Origin: Myxococcota bacterium
GTDB taxonomy: Bacteria > Myxococcota_A > UBA9160
DNA length: 54,477 bases
NCBI GenBank assembly: GCA_041912475.1
Contig: JAYRMX010000006.1
Location: forward strand, 1 to 54,477
Direction: 5' to 3'
A program made the position numbers and the translations under genes. Shown in pieces: positions 27,034-36,070 of the stretch. The notes under the pieces are model-generated. The model had not been told where the DNA came from and did not search any database. It worked only from the letters and a program-made list of their open reading frames with translations. Numbering within the stretch: position 1 is the first letter of the stretch; every line of letters starts with the position of its first letter.

Positions 27034-30000
27034 GCGCGCGGGTGCGCATGGGCGCGCGGGTTCTCCTGGCGTTCGCCGCCGTCGTGCTCGGGCCGGCGGG
27101 TCCCGCGATCGCCGCCGCGAAGGTGACGCTCTCCGGAGAGCAGATCCGGGGGCCGCTCACGCCCGACGCGCAGGGCCGCTTCGGCTTCGGCCAGGTGCCG
27201 CTGCGAAAGAATGCCGTCAACCGGTTCACCGTGACCGCGACGGACGATGCGGGAAAGAGCGTCTCGAAGGACGTGGCGATCACGCAGATCTCGCTCGAGA
27301 GCGTGGTCGTCTCGCAGATCAAGTCCGAGCGCCTCTCGGTCCAGGAGGTCGAGCAGCTCGTACAGGACGGCGTCATCGACGTCGAAGACCCCGCGAACTA
27401 CAACGTCTCGAGCTTTGCGATCGTGCTCAGCATCGGCGGCCAGCCGGTTCCCGTGAGCGTTCCGATCGTGATGGAGAAGGGAGAGGACCCGACCGGGTAC
27501 GAGACGATCAAGCTCCCGCGTGGCGACGACGGCGGCGGACCGATCAATCCTCCCGAGGTTCAGGTCGTCGTCTTCGAAACCGAGCCGCCGGCGCCGCCCG
27601 GCGCTCCGCCGCCCCCGAAGATCACCGGCGTTCTCGTCATCGAGGGTGACATCAAGACGCTCAAGGAGTTCTTCAGCGTTCGCCTGCTGCTGCTCAACAC
27701 GTCCGGAATCTTCACGCTCTCGGACGTGAAGGGAATGCTCGAGTTCCCGGACGGCGGCCTCTCGCCGACGCTTCCGAAGGACGGCGTCGCCGTCTTCGGC
27801 GACATTCTGCCGGGAACGGCCGACGCGCCCGGCCAGAAGGAGCGCGAGTTCATCGTTCGTGGAGACGAGATCGGAAGGCGCCGCGCACGGGTCTCGTTCG
27901 GCGGTGTCGTGACGGGGCCCGGGATCGAGGCCGACGCTCCGATCCCGTTCAACGGCAGCGCCGAGACGACGCTCGAGGTGAAGGGCCCGCCGACCTTCGA
28001 CGTGCGGGTGTTCCACCCGCCCAGCGTGACGACCCACGTCCCCTACACGCTCCAGGTCGAGATCACCAACACGGGAGACATCGCGGCGCTGTACTCGAGT
28101 CTCGACCTCGGTGTGGGCGCCGATGGCCGGCTGCTGCACTGCACGGTCCCGGAAGGCGAGACCGAGCCCGTGTGCGAGCCGATCGAGTCCGGGAGCGAGA
28201 CCCGTGCGCTCGGGCATCTGCTCCCGGGCCAGCGGGTGCGCGAGAGCTTCGTCATCGAGCCGCTCCTGAGCGGACCGATCACGTCCTGTACGAGCGCCGC
28301 GGACCAGAACATCCGGCTGCAGGTGTACGTCGGCAATCTCGGATGCGTGACCGGCCTGCTCCCCGCCAGGAGCAGCAGCCCCGACGGCGTCCCGACCGTC
28401 GCCGTCGTTCCGGCGCCGGGAGCGCTCGGCGTCGGCGTCGATGCGCCGGTGACGGCGTTCTTCAGTGAGAAGATGAACACGTCGACGATCACGACGGGCG
28501 GCGAAGGGGCGAGCTTCCGTGTCCTCGACGAATCGGGCGCCGAGGCGCCGGGGCGTCTTCGCTTCGCGACCGTCCTCGACCGCACGGTCGCGATCTGGCA
28601 GCTCGAGGACGGCGTCACGAACCGGCTGCGCGGCAACGAGACCTACCGCGTGAAGCTCTCCGGAGCGATCCGCGACCAGGACGGCGTCGGCCTCGCCGGC
28701 GCCTGGGACAGCGACTTCACGACGACCGACCCGAACGACGACCGCACGCCGCCCACGCTCACGCTCTCGGTCGAGCCCCCCGTCGACCCGCTCCGCGTGG
28801 TGCCGGGCGAGATCGTCCGCGTGAACGCCTACGCGGCCGATCAGGGAACGGGTGTGAAGCGCGTCGAGCTCCGCCTGCAGGACGTGAGCGTTCCCGACTC
28901 GCCGGTCGAGCTCGTCGACCAGAAGGCCGTCTTCGCCGCTGCGACGGAGCCGCTGCTCTTCGCGATCGACTCGTCGAAGCTCGCCGCAGGGCATACGATC
29001 CAGATCATCGCGACGGCATTCGACGGCGCCTTGAACCTGCAGGATGCGACGCTTCCGATCGTCCTGCGCTCCGCCAACGTTCCTCCGGCGATCGTGCTCC
29101 CGCCCGACCCGGCCGGGGCCGTGCTGCAGGGGATCTCGGTGACGATCGTTCCCGAGCAGGCGAGCGCAGGCGTGAAGCGCGTCCACTACTTCCTCGACGG
29201 CGAGACGGCGCCGTGGAAGACCGTCGAGCTGCCGCCGTTCCAGGCGACGCGCGGAACGCTCGACCTCTCGCTCGGAGCGCACGAGGTGCGTGCCGTGGCC
29301 GAGGACGGCCTCGGCCAGACGGCCGAAGACCGCTACGGCTTCACGCTGGCCGAGAACCCGAGCGAGCCCGTGATCGACTTCGGGAGCGCCGTCGACGGGA
29401 CGCGTCTGCTGCGCGGCACGCGCTTCGCGGTGGGCGCGAACGCGTCCGACGCGGTCGGAATCGCGTCGCTCCAGTTCTACCTCGACTCGGTCGCGGGCGC
29501 TCCGATCGCGGCGGGCGCGCAGGGCTTCACGCTCGAAACCGCCGATCTCACGGCCGGGACGCACCGCATCATCGCCGTCGCCGAGAACCGGCTCGGGACG
29601 CGCAACGACGTCACCGACCCCGCGTCGATCCTCGACTTCGTCGTGATCGAGCCCGGAACGGGCCCGCCGCCGCCGCCGCCGGCGATCGCGAGCGTCTCGG
29701 TGCCCGAGGCGGGCCCGGGGGGAGCGACCGAGGTGACGCTGCGCGGCGCCACGTCGGCGGGCGCACGAGTCGACGTCACGAACGCGGCCAGCGGCGTGTC
29801 GATCTCGGTCTACGCCGACGCGACGGGCGCATTCACGGCGCGGATCTTCGCCGCGGCGGGCGACTCGCTCCGCGTCGTCGTCGTCGACCTCGTGCAGTCG
29901 CAGCAGCCGAGCGCGGCCGCGACCGCGGTCGTTCCGGCGCCGCGCGTCCTTTCGAGTCTGCGGCTGCTCCCGTCCGCGCTCGTCTTCGTTTCGAAGAACG

Positions 30001-33000
30001 CGGCACAGGATCTCACCGCGACCGGCTTCTACGCCGACGGGAGCAGCGAGAACGTGACCGCGCAGGCCGCGTACGCGTCGAGCGACCCGACGGTCGCATC
30101 GGTGAGCGCGGGCGGGCGCGTAGTCGCGCTGCGGCGCGGACTCGCCACGATCACGGCGACCCTCGGCGGTCTCTCCGACACGGCCGCGGTGACGGCCGAC
30201 ATCGTGACGCTCGAGTCGGTCTCGGTGTCGCCGGCCAGCATCACGCTGCCGGCGCCGGGCGCGACGCAGGCGCTCGCCGTCAGCGGCCATTACAGCGATG
30301 GGAGCGTGGCGCCGGTCACCTCCGGGCTCTCGTTCAGCAGCTCGGCGCCGGCCGTGATCGGTGTCGATCCGGGCGGCGTGGTCCGCGCCGTCTCGATCGG
30401 GTCGGCGACGATCAGCGTGTCGGCGAGCGGCCTGCCGCCGGTCTTCGTCCCCGCCACCGTGGACACCGCTGCCGATCAGCCGCCGTCCATCGATCTGCTC
30501 GCGCCGGCCGCGGGAGCGGACGTCGAGCGCGGCGACGCGGTGAGCGTCGTGGCGCGCGGAAGCGACGACGTCGGCGTGGCGCGGATCCACCTCACCGTGA
30601 GCGGTGCGACGTCCTACACAGAGACGCGACAGATGTCGCCCGCCGCGACGACGACGCAGCAGAGCTTCGGCTTCGCGATCGCGGCCGACGCGGCGATCGG
30701 CGGCTCGGTCGTCGTCTCGGTCGAGGCCGAGGACACGTCGGGCAAGCGCTCGCCGATCGCTTCGGTGACGCTCGACGTCGTGGACGTGACGCCCCCGGTC
30801 GTCGCGATCCAGACGCCGGCTCCGGATGCGCCGTACAACTTCGGCGACCTCGTCACCGTGACCGTTGCGGCCTCCGATGCGGGCGGGATTGCGCAGATCC
30901 GCTACGAGGCGAGCGGGGCGCTCACCATGAGCTCGGCGCAGGCGGTCTCGCCGCCGCAGGCGCTCGCCGGAGCGAGCTTCGGATTCACCGTGCCGTTCGG
31001 CGTCACGAGCCCGAACGTCACGCTGCGCGCCTTCGCGCGCGATGCGGCAGGAAACGAGAGCGCGTCGGCGCCCGTGCCGATCGTGCTGACCGACGCCGAC
31101 GTGACGCCGCCGGCGACGATCGCGACGGCGGCATCGGCTCCCGGCAGCGGGGCGACGACCAGCGTCAGCTACGCGGTGACGGACGGTCTCGCCGACCTCG
31201 ATCACGTCGAGCTCTTCTTCCGGCGCAACGGGATCGGGACGTTCAGCCGCTACACCGGCCCGCTCGGAACCGGCGACGGCCACTTCGCGCCGCAGAGCGG
31301 AGCCACGGGAACGATCGCGTTCGACGCCACGCGAATGGGCGGCGACGGCAGCTACGAGTTCTTCACGGTCGGCGTCGATCGGGCCGGCAACCGCGAGGCG
31401 CCGCCTCGCAGCGGCGGGGTCATCGCCGGCGACCCGGGCGTCGGGGCGAGCTTCGCGACCGGCGCCGAGGTGGTGGCGATCACGTCCGATACAGAGATTG
31501 CGGGCGCCGCCTTCGAGGGCCGGAACCTGCGGGTCGTCGGGGCGACGCTCACGCTCGTGGGGCCGCACGCCTTCGGCAACGTCGAGCTGCTCTCGGGCGC
31601 CGTGCTCACGCACCGCGAGACGACGCAGACCGAGGCGTACGGCGTCGAGCTCTCGGCGTGGACGCTGACGGTCGACGCGTCGAGCCGCGTCGACGTCACG
31701 GGCCGCGGCTACCTCGGCGGCGACCGCAGCGGCCTCGGCTCGACCGCACACACCGCGGGCTTCGCGCCCGGATCGCAGGGAGGCACGGGAGGCGGATACG
31801 GCGGTCTCGGCGGCAAGTACGGCGGCTCGGGGAGCGCTCAGCCGAACCCGGTCTACGGAAGCCTCACGAACCCCGTCGACCTCGGATCGGGCGGTGGTGC
31901 ATGGGCCGGCGCGGGCGGCGACGGCGGCGGGCGCGTTCTCGTCGGCGCGATCAATGTGGTGGTCGACGGGCAGATCGCCGCGAACGGTGCGGTCTCGAGC
32001 GGATCGGCTTCGGGCGAGGGCTCGGGCGGGTCGATCAACGTCACGACGCGTACGCTCTCGGGCGGCGGCACGCTGGCCGCGAACGCGGGAACGACGGGCG
32101 GCGGCAACCACGTGGGCGGCGGCGGCGGGCGCATCGCCGTTCGCTACCTCGACGTCTCGACCTACGACGTGGCGCGCGTCACCGCGCGCGGCGGCGACGG
32201 CTACTACGGCGACGGGGCGGACGGCACGATCTACCTCGAAGCCGAGGGGCAGCCGGCGGGCGAGCTCGTCATCAACGGCGCGGGGCCCGGCTCTCCGTTC
32301 ACCGATCTCATCCTGCCGCCCGGGCAGAGCTTCTCGTCGATCACGCTGCAGAACGGCGCGAACGTCATCGCGCAGGGCGCGATCGACATCACGGGAACGC
32401 TGCGCGTGCGCGGGAGCTCGACGCTGACGCACCCGACCGCGAGCGAGGCGGGGCTCTCGATCACGGCGGACCGCATCGTCGTCGAAGCGGGCAGCGCCAT
32501 CGACGCCAGCGGCCGCGGCCATCTCGGCGGTGACAAGACCAGCTTCGGCTCGACCGCGGACACGCTCGGCTTCACGGCCGGCTCCGAGCGAGGCTCGGGC
32601 GGCAGCCACGGCGGCACGGGAGGCGACTACGGCGGCAACGGCGACAGCGGGCCGGGACCCGTGTACGGCGATCCGAAGCGTCCGATCGCGCTCGGCGGCG
32701 GCGGCGGCGCGTGGGGCGGCGCGGGTGGCGACGGCGGCGGCCGCATCCGGATCGTCGCGCGCGAAGCGCTGGTGGTCGACGGGGCCGTTCGCGCGAACGG
32801 CGGCCTCTCGTCGGGCTCGGCCTCGGGCGAGGGCGCCGGCGGATCGATCTGGATCGACACCTCGCGTCTGGCCGGAACGGGCACGATCTCGGCGAGCGGC
32901 GGGACGGCCGGCGGCGGCAATCACACGGGCGGTGGCGGCGGTCGGATCGCCATCTACGCCGACTTCGTCGATCCCAACGCGAACCTCGGCGAGCTGCGGA

Positions 33001-36000
33001 GCATCGTCGCCTTCGGCGGCGACGGCTACTACGGCGACGGAGCGGCCGGCACCGTGTTCGTGAAGCTCGCGGGCCAGACGGACGGCACGCTCATCGTCGA
33101 CGGCGGCCTGTCGAACGGCGGGACATGGCCCATCCCGACGGTCCTGCCGCCGATCGGACCCGGCGTCACCGCGGCGGCGACGAGCGACACGCTCACCGTC
33201 GACGGAGCGCTGCATGCGTTCATCCCGGGTGGCCTGGTCGGGCTACGGCTCAATCCCGATACCACGCAGGCCGAGAGCTTCGCGATCGTCGGCAACACGG
33301 CGTCGGCGCTCCAGGTGGCGACTCCGAACGAGAACGGTGTCGCGTTCGCGCCGGTCGCGGGCGCAGGCAGGCGCTACGCAGGTCGGTGGCGCTTCGACGA
33401 GGTGGTCCTGCGGCGCGGCGGGCACCTCGAGCTCGCCGACCCGCTCGAGACGAACGGCAGCCTCGCCGTCACGGAGGCGAGCCTGCTGACGCACGTCGAG
33501 ACGACGACCGCCTACGCGGGAATGCTCGATCTCGCCGCAGCAACGCTGCACGTCGACGCGACGAGCCGCATCGACGTCTCGGGCCGGGGGCATCTCGGTG
33601 GCGACCGCGCGGGTATCGGATCGACGGCGCACACGATCGGCTTCGCGGCCGGCTCGCAGGCGGGGACGGGCGGCAGCTACGGCGGTCTCGGCGGCAAGTA
33701 CGGCGGGTCGGGCGCGAGCCAGCCGAACCCGCCGTACGGGAGTGTCACCGATCCGCAGGAGCTCGGCTCGGGAGGCGGCGCGTGGGGAGGCGACGGCGGC
33801 GACGGCGGCGGCCGGGTCCGCATCGTGGCCGATTCGATGATCGTCGACGGCGCGCTGCGCGCGGACGGCGCAGCGTCGAGCGGCTCGGCGTCGGGCGAGG
33901 GCTCCGGCGGCTCGATCAACCTGCGCGTCGGCACGCTCGCGGGCGCCGGATGGATCACGGCGAACGGCGGAACCGCGAACGGCGGGAACCACACCGGCGG
34001 CGGCGGAGGCCGCATCGCCATCCGGCACACGGGCTCGCTCACGCTGCCGCTCGCGAACGTGAGAGCGACCGGCGGCGACGGCTACTACGCCGACGGCGGA
34101 CACGGAACGGTGTACGTGAAGTCGACAGCGCAGACCTTCGGCAGCCTCGTCGTCGACGGCTACGGGTTCGCGCAGCCTGCCGACTCGACCACGCTTCCGG
34201 GCGGCCTGCAGCTCGACGAGCTCACGCTCGGCAGCGGCGTTCGCGCGGTGGCCGACGCGGGTCTCGACGTCCTCGGAACACTGCGCCTCGCCGGTGGCGC
34301 AACCCTCACCCACTCGCCGGCGAACGAGTTCGGCCTCCGCGTGAGCGCGCGCCGAATCGTCGTCGAAGCCGGAAGCGCCATCGACGCGACGGGCCGCGGC
34401 TACCGCGGCGGCGACAAGAGCGGAATCGGCTCGACCGCGCACACGCTCGGCTTCGCCGCGGGCTCCGAGCGCGGAACGGGGGGGAGCCATGGCGGCACCG
34501 GAGGAGATTGGAGCGGGAACGGGGACAGCGTTCCGGGCGCGGTGTACGGCGATCCGAAGCGCCCTGCAGCGCTCGGCGGCGGAGGCGGCGCGTGGTCCGG
34601 CGAGGGCGGCGACGGCGGCGGTCTGGTTCGCCTCCACGCCAGCGAGTCGCTCGTGGTGGACGGCGCCGTTCGTGCGGACGGCGGCGTGTCGGGTGGCTCG
34701 GCGTCGGGCGAGGGCGCGGGCGGCTCGGTGTGGATCGACACGCCGCTGCTCTCCGGTGCGGGCACCATCTCGGCGAACGGCGGCACCGCGAACGGCGGGA
34801 ACCACACGGGAGGCGGCGGCGGGCGCGTCGCCGTGCACGCCGGCGCCATCGATCCGGGAGCCGACTTCGCCGGCCTTCGCAGCATCACGGCCTTCGGCGG
34901 CGACGGCTACTACGGCGACGGAGCGGCGGGAACCGTCTTCGTGAAGCTCGCGGGGCAGAGCGACGGCACGCTGTACGTCGACGGCGGCGCGGCGCCCGGC
35001 ACGACGTGGCCGATGGCGACGGCGCTGCCGCCGATCGGACCGGGCCTCGCGGTCGCGGCGACGGCGGACACGCTCACGGCGAGCGGAACGCTGCGCGCCT
35101 TCGTTCCCGGCGGGCTCGTCGGCCTTCGCCTCAATCCCGACACGACGCAGCGCGAGAGCTTCGAGATCGTCGCGAACGGCGAGACCTCGATCACCGTGGC
35201 GACGCCCAACGAGAACGGTGTGGCGTTCGAGAGCCTCGCCGCCGCCGGCAGGCGCTACGCGGCCGCGTGGCGCTTCGATCAGGTGACCTTCCGCCGCGGC
35301 GCCTTCCTCGAGCTCGCGGATCCGCTCGCGGTCGCCGGCACGCTGGCGGTGGCCGAGGCGGGCCTGCTCACGCACGCGAAGACGACGACGGTCTACGAAG
35401 GAGACCTCGACCTCGACGCGGGCGCGGTCACGATCGACGCTTCGAGCCGGATCGACGTCTCGGGCCGCGGATACCTGGGCGGAGACAAGGCCGGCCTCGG
35501 GTCGACCGCGCACACGCTCGGCTTCGCGTCCGGCGCGCAGGCCGCGACCGGCGGCAGCTACGGCGGCCTCGGCGGCAAGTGGAGCGGCTCCGGCGCGAAT
35601 CAGCCGAACCCGGTCTACGGCAGCGCGACCGAGCCGCGGGAGCTCGGCTCGGGCGGCGGCGCGTGGTCGGGTGCCGGCGGTGACGGGGGCGGTCGCGTTC
35701 GCATCGTCGCCGGCGCCGTCGTCGTCGACGGCGCGATTCGCGCCGACGGCGCGCTCTCCGGCGGCTCGGCTTCGGGCGAAGGCTCCGGCGGATCGATCGA
35801 CCTGCGAACCGGGACTCTCGCGGGCAGCGGAACGGTCTCGGCGAGCGGCGGAACGACCGGCGGCGGCAACCACACCGGAGGCGGCGGCGGTCGCATCGCC
35901 ATCCGACACACGAGTGTGTCCACGCTGCCGCCGGCGAACGTCCACGCGGACGGCGGCGACGGCTACTACGGCGACGGCCAGCCCGGGACCGTGCTCCTCG

Positions 36001-36011
36001 AGGGCCCGTGA
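27030..36011 (+). CDS. Giant (2993 aa) secreted protein: unnamed N-domain, multiple bacterial Ig-like domains, five glycine-rich repeats
   Basis: Sec signal (VLLAFAAVVLGPAGPAIA); Big_5-like (VTAFFSEKMN), Big_2-like (SSDPTVASVS), DxTPP-linked Ig units; GTGA overlap with the upstream giant; alternative start ATG 27048. Confidence 0.87.
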   Translation: MSARVRMGARVLLAFAAVVLGPAGPAIAAAKVTLSGEQIRGPLTPDAQGRFGFGQVPLRKNAVNRFTVTATDDAGKSVSKDVAITQISLESVVVSQIKSERLSVQEVEQLVQDGVIDVEDPANYNVSSFAIVLSIGGQPVPVSVPIVMEKGEDPTGYETIKLPRGDDGGGPINPPEVQVVVFETEPPAPPGAPPPPKITGVLVIEGDIKTLKEFFSVRLLLLNTSGIFTLSDVKGMLEFPDGGLSPTLPKDGVAVFGDILPGTADAPGQKEREFIVRGDEIGRRRARVSFGGVVTGPGIEADAPIPFNGSAETTLEVKGPPTFDVRVFHPPSVTTHVPYTLQVEITNTGDIAALYSSLDLGVGADGRLLHCTVPEGETEPVCEPIESGSETRALGHLLPGQRVRESFVIEPLLSGPITSCTSAADQNIRLQVYVGNLGCVTGLLPARSSSPDGVPTVAVVPAPGALGVGVDAPVTAFFSEKMNTSTITTGGEGASFRVLDESGAEAPGRLRFATVLDRTVAIWQLEDGVTNRLRGNETYRVKLSGAIRDQDGVGLAGAWDSDFTTTDPNDDRTPPTLTLSVEPPVDPLRVVPGEIVRVNAYAADQGTGVKRVELRLQDVSVPDSPVELVDQKAVFAAATEPLLFAIDSSKLAAGHTIQIIATAFDGALNLQDATLPIVLRSANVPPAIVLPPDPAGAVLQGISVTIVPEQASAGVKRVHYFLDGETAPWKTVELPPFQATRGTLDLSLGAHEVRAVAEDGLGQTAEDRYGFTLAENPSEPVIDFGSAVDGTRLLRGTRFAVGANASDAVGIASLQFYLDSVAGAPIAAGAQGFTLETADLTAGTHRIIAVAENRLGTRNDVTDPASILDFVVIEPGTGPPPPPPAIASVSVPEAGPGGATEVTLRGATSAGARVDVTNAASGVSISVYADATGAFTARIFAAAGDSLRVVVVDLVQSQQPSAAATAVVPAPRVLSSLRLLPSALVFVSKNAAQDLTATGFYADGSSENVTAQAAYASSDPTVASVSAGGRVVALRRGLATITATLGGLSDTAAVTADIVTLESVSVSPASITLPAPGATQALAVSGHYSDGSVAPVTSGLSFSSSAPAVIGVDPGGVVRAVSIGSATISVSASGLPPVFVPATVDTAADQPPSIDLLAPAAGADVERGDAVSVVARGSDDVGVARIHLTVSGATSYTETRQMSPAATTTQQSFGFAIAADAAIGGSVVVSVEAEDTSGKRSPIASVTLDVVDVTPPVVAIQTPAPDAPYNFGDLVTVTVAASDAGGIAQIRYEASGALTMSSAQAVSPPQALAGASFGFTVPFGVTSPNVTLRAFARDAAGNESASAPVPIVLTDADVTPPATIATAASAPGSGATTSVSYAVTDGLADLDHVELFFRRNGIGTFSRYTGPLGTGDGHFAPQSGATGTIAFDATRMGGDGSYEFFTVGVDRAGNREAPPRSGGVIAGDPGVGASFATGAEVVAITSDTEIAGAAFEGRNLRVVGATLTLVGPHAFGNVELLSGAVLTHRETTQTEAYGVELSAWTLTVDASSRVDVTGRGYLGGDRSGLGSTAHTAGFAPGSQGGTGGGYGGLGGKYGGSGSAQPNPVYGSLTNPVDLGSGGGAWAGAGGDGGGRVLVGAINVVVDGQIAANGAVSSGSASGEGSGGSINVTTRTLSGGGTLAANAGTTGGGNHVGGGGGRIAVRYLDVSTYDVARVTARGGDGYYGDGADGTIYLEAEGQPAGELVINGAGPGSPFTDLILPPGQSFSSITLQNGANVIAQGAIDITGTLRVRGSSTLTHPTASEAGLSITADRIVVEAGSAIDASGRGHLGGDKTSFGSTADTLGFTAGSERGSGGSHGGTGGDYGGNGDSGPGPVYGDPKRPIALGGGGGAWGGAGGDGGGRIRIVAREALVVDGAVRANGGLSSGSASGEGAGGSIWIDTSRLAGTGTISASGGTAGGGNHTGGGGGRIAIYADFVDPNANLGELRSIVAFGGDGYYGDGAAGTVFVKLAGQTDGTLIVDGGLSNGGTWPIPTVLPPIGPGVTAAATSDTLTVDGALHAFIPGGLVGLRLNPDTTQAESFAIVGNTASALQVATPNENGVAFAPVAGAGRRYAGRWRFDEVVLRRGGHLELADPLETNGSLAVTEASLLTHVETTTAYAGMLDLAAATLHVDATSRIDVSGRGHLGGDRAGIGSTAHTIGFAAGSQAGTGGSYGGLGGKYGGSGASQPNPPYGSVTDPQELGSGGGAWGGDGGDGGGRVRIVADSMIVDGALRADGAASSGSASGEGSGGSINLRVGTLAGAGWITANGGTANGGNHTGGGGGRIAIRHTGSLTLPLANVRATGGDGYYADGGHGTVYVKSTAQTFGSLVVDGYGFAQPADSTTLPGGLQLDELTLGSGVRAVADAGLDVLGTLRLAGGATLTHSPANEFGLRVSARRIVVEAGSAIDATGRGYRGGDKSGIGSTAHTLGFAAGSERGTGGSHGGTGGDWSGNGDSVPGAVYGDPKRPAALGGGGGAWSGEGGDGGGLVRLHASESLVVDGAVRADGGVSGGSASGEGAGGSVWIDTPLLSGAGTISANGGTANGGNHTGGGGGRVAVHAGAIDPGADFAGLRSITAFGGDGYYGDGAAGTVFVKLAGQSDGTLYVDGGAAPGTTWPMATALPPIGPGLAVAATADTLTASGTLRAFVPGGLVGLRLNPDTTQRESFEIVANGETSITVATPNENGVAFESLAAAGRRYAAAWRFDQVTFRRGAFLELADPLAVAGTLAVAEAGLLTHAKTTTVYEGDLDLDAGAVTIDASSRIDVSGRGYLGGDKAGLGSTAHTLGFASGAQAATGGSYGGLGGKWSGSGANQPNPVYGSATEPRELGSGGGAWSGAGGDGGGRVRIVAGAVVVDGAIRADGALSGGSASGEGSGGSIDLRTGTLAGSGTVSASGGTTGGGNHTGGGGGRIAIRHTSVSTLPPANVHADGGDGYYGDGQPGTVLLEGP
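31500..36008 (+). repeat. Intragenic A-B-A-B-A glycine-rich repeat array, period 1881 nt (627 aa)
   Basis: GRG(Y/H)xGGD anchors at 31701, 32511, 33582, 34392, 35463 (spacings 810, 1071, 810, 1071); each unit has GSTAH/D, GGDGGG, SGSASGEG/GGSASGEG, GGNHxGGGGGR, GGDGYYxDG. Confidence 0.92.
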
Positions 36012-36070
36012 GACGAGCGGTCCCGCTCCGGTAGAGTTCCGTTCGCGCGGCTTCACCGCGCGGAGGCGAC

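Noticed and set aside
31500-36008. Repeat array considered as a CRISPR array or a diversity-generating retroelement template/variable repeat pair
   Set aside because: The repeats are in-frame, kb-scale and diverged mostly at synonymous positions, with no adenine-specific pattern evident; there are no spacers, cas genes or reverse transcriptase.
27001-36011. Similar C-termini of the two giants (GTLVDLEGAP and GTVLLEGP) as a shared sorting signal
   Set aside because: Too short. The second is simply the end of the repeat unit (GTIYLE/GTVFVK), and the first doubles as the SD region of the next gene.
20815-36011. Classification as RHS/YD toxin, RTX/T1SS adhesin, autotransporter or CdiA
   Set aside because: No YD repeats, PxxxxDPxG, GGxGxDxL nonapeptides, C-terminal beta-barrel, TPS domain, adjacent transporter or small immunity gene was seen.
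20392-36056. Very long antisense and alternate-frame ORFs over the giant genes (e.g. 20392-26874 -, 26565-33215 -, 20823-26900 +)
   Set aside because: Expected shadow ORFs in very GC-rich coding DNA; the translations are Arg/Ala/Gly/Pro-rich with no motifs.
19794-36070. Giant-gene block as a mobile element or genomic island
   Set aside because: No integrase, transposase, tRNA or flanking direct repeats were found, and most of it has host-like codon style.
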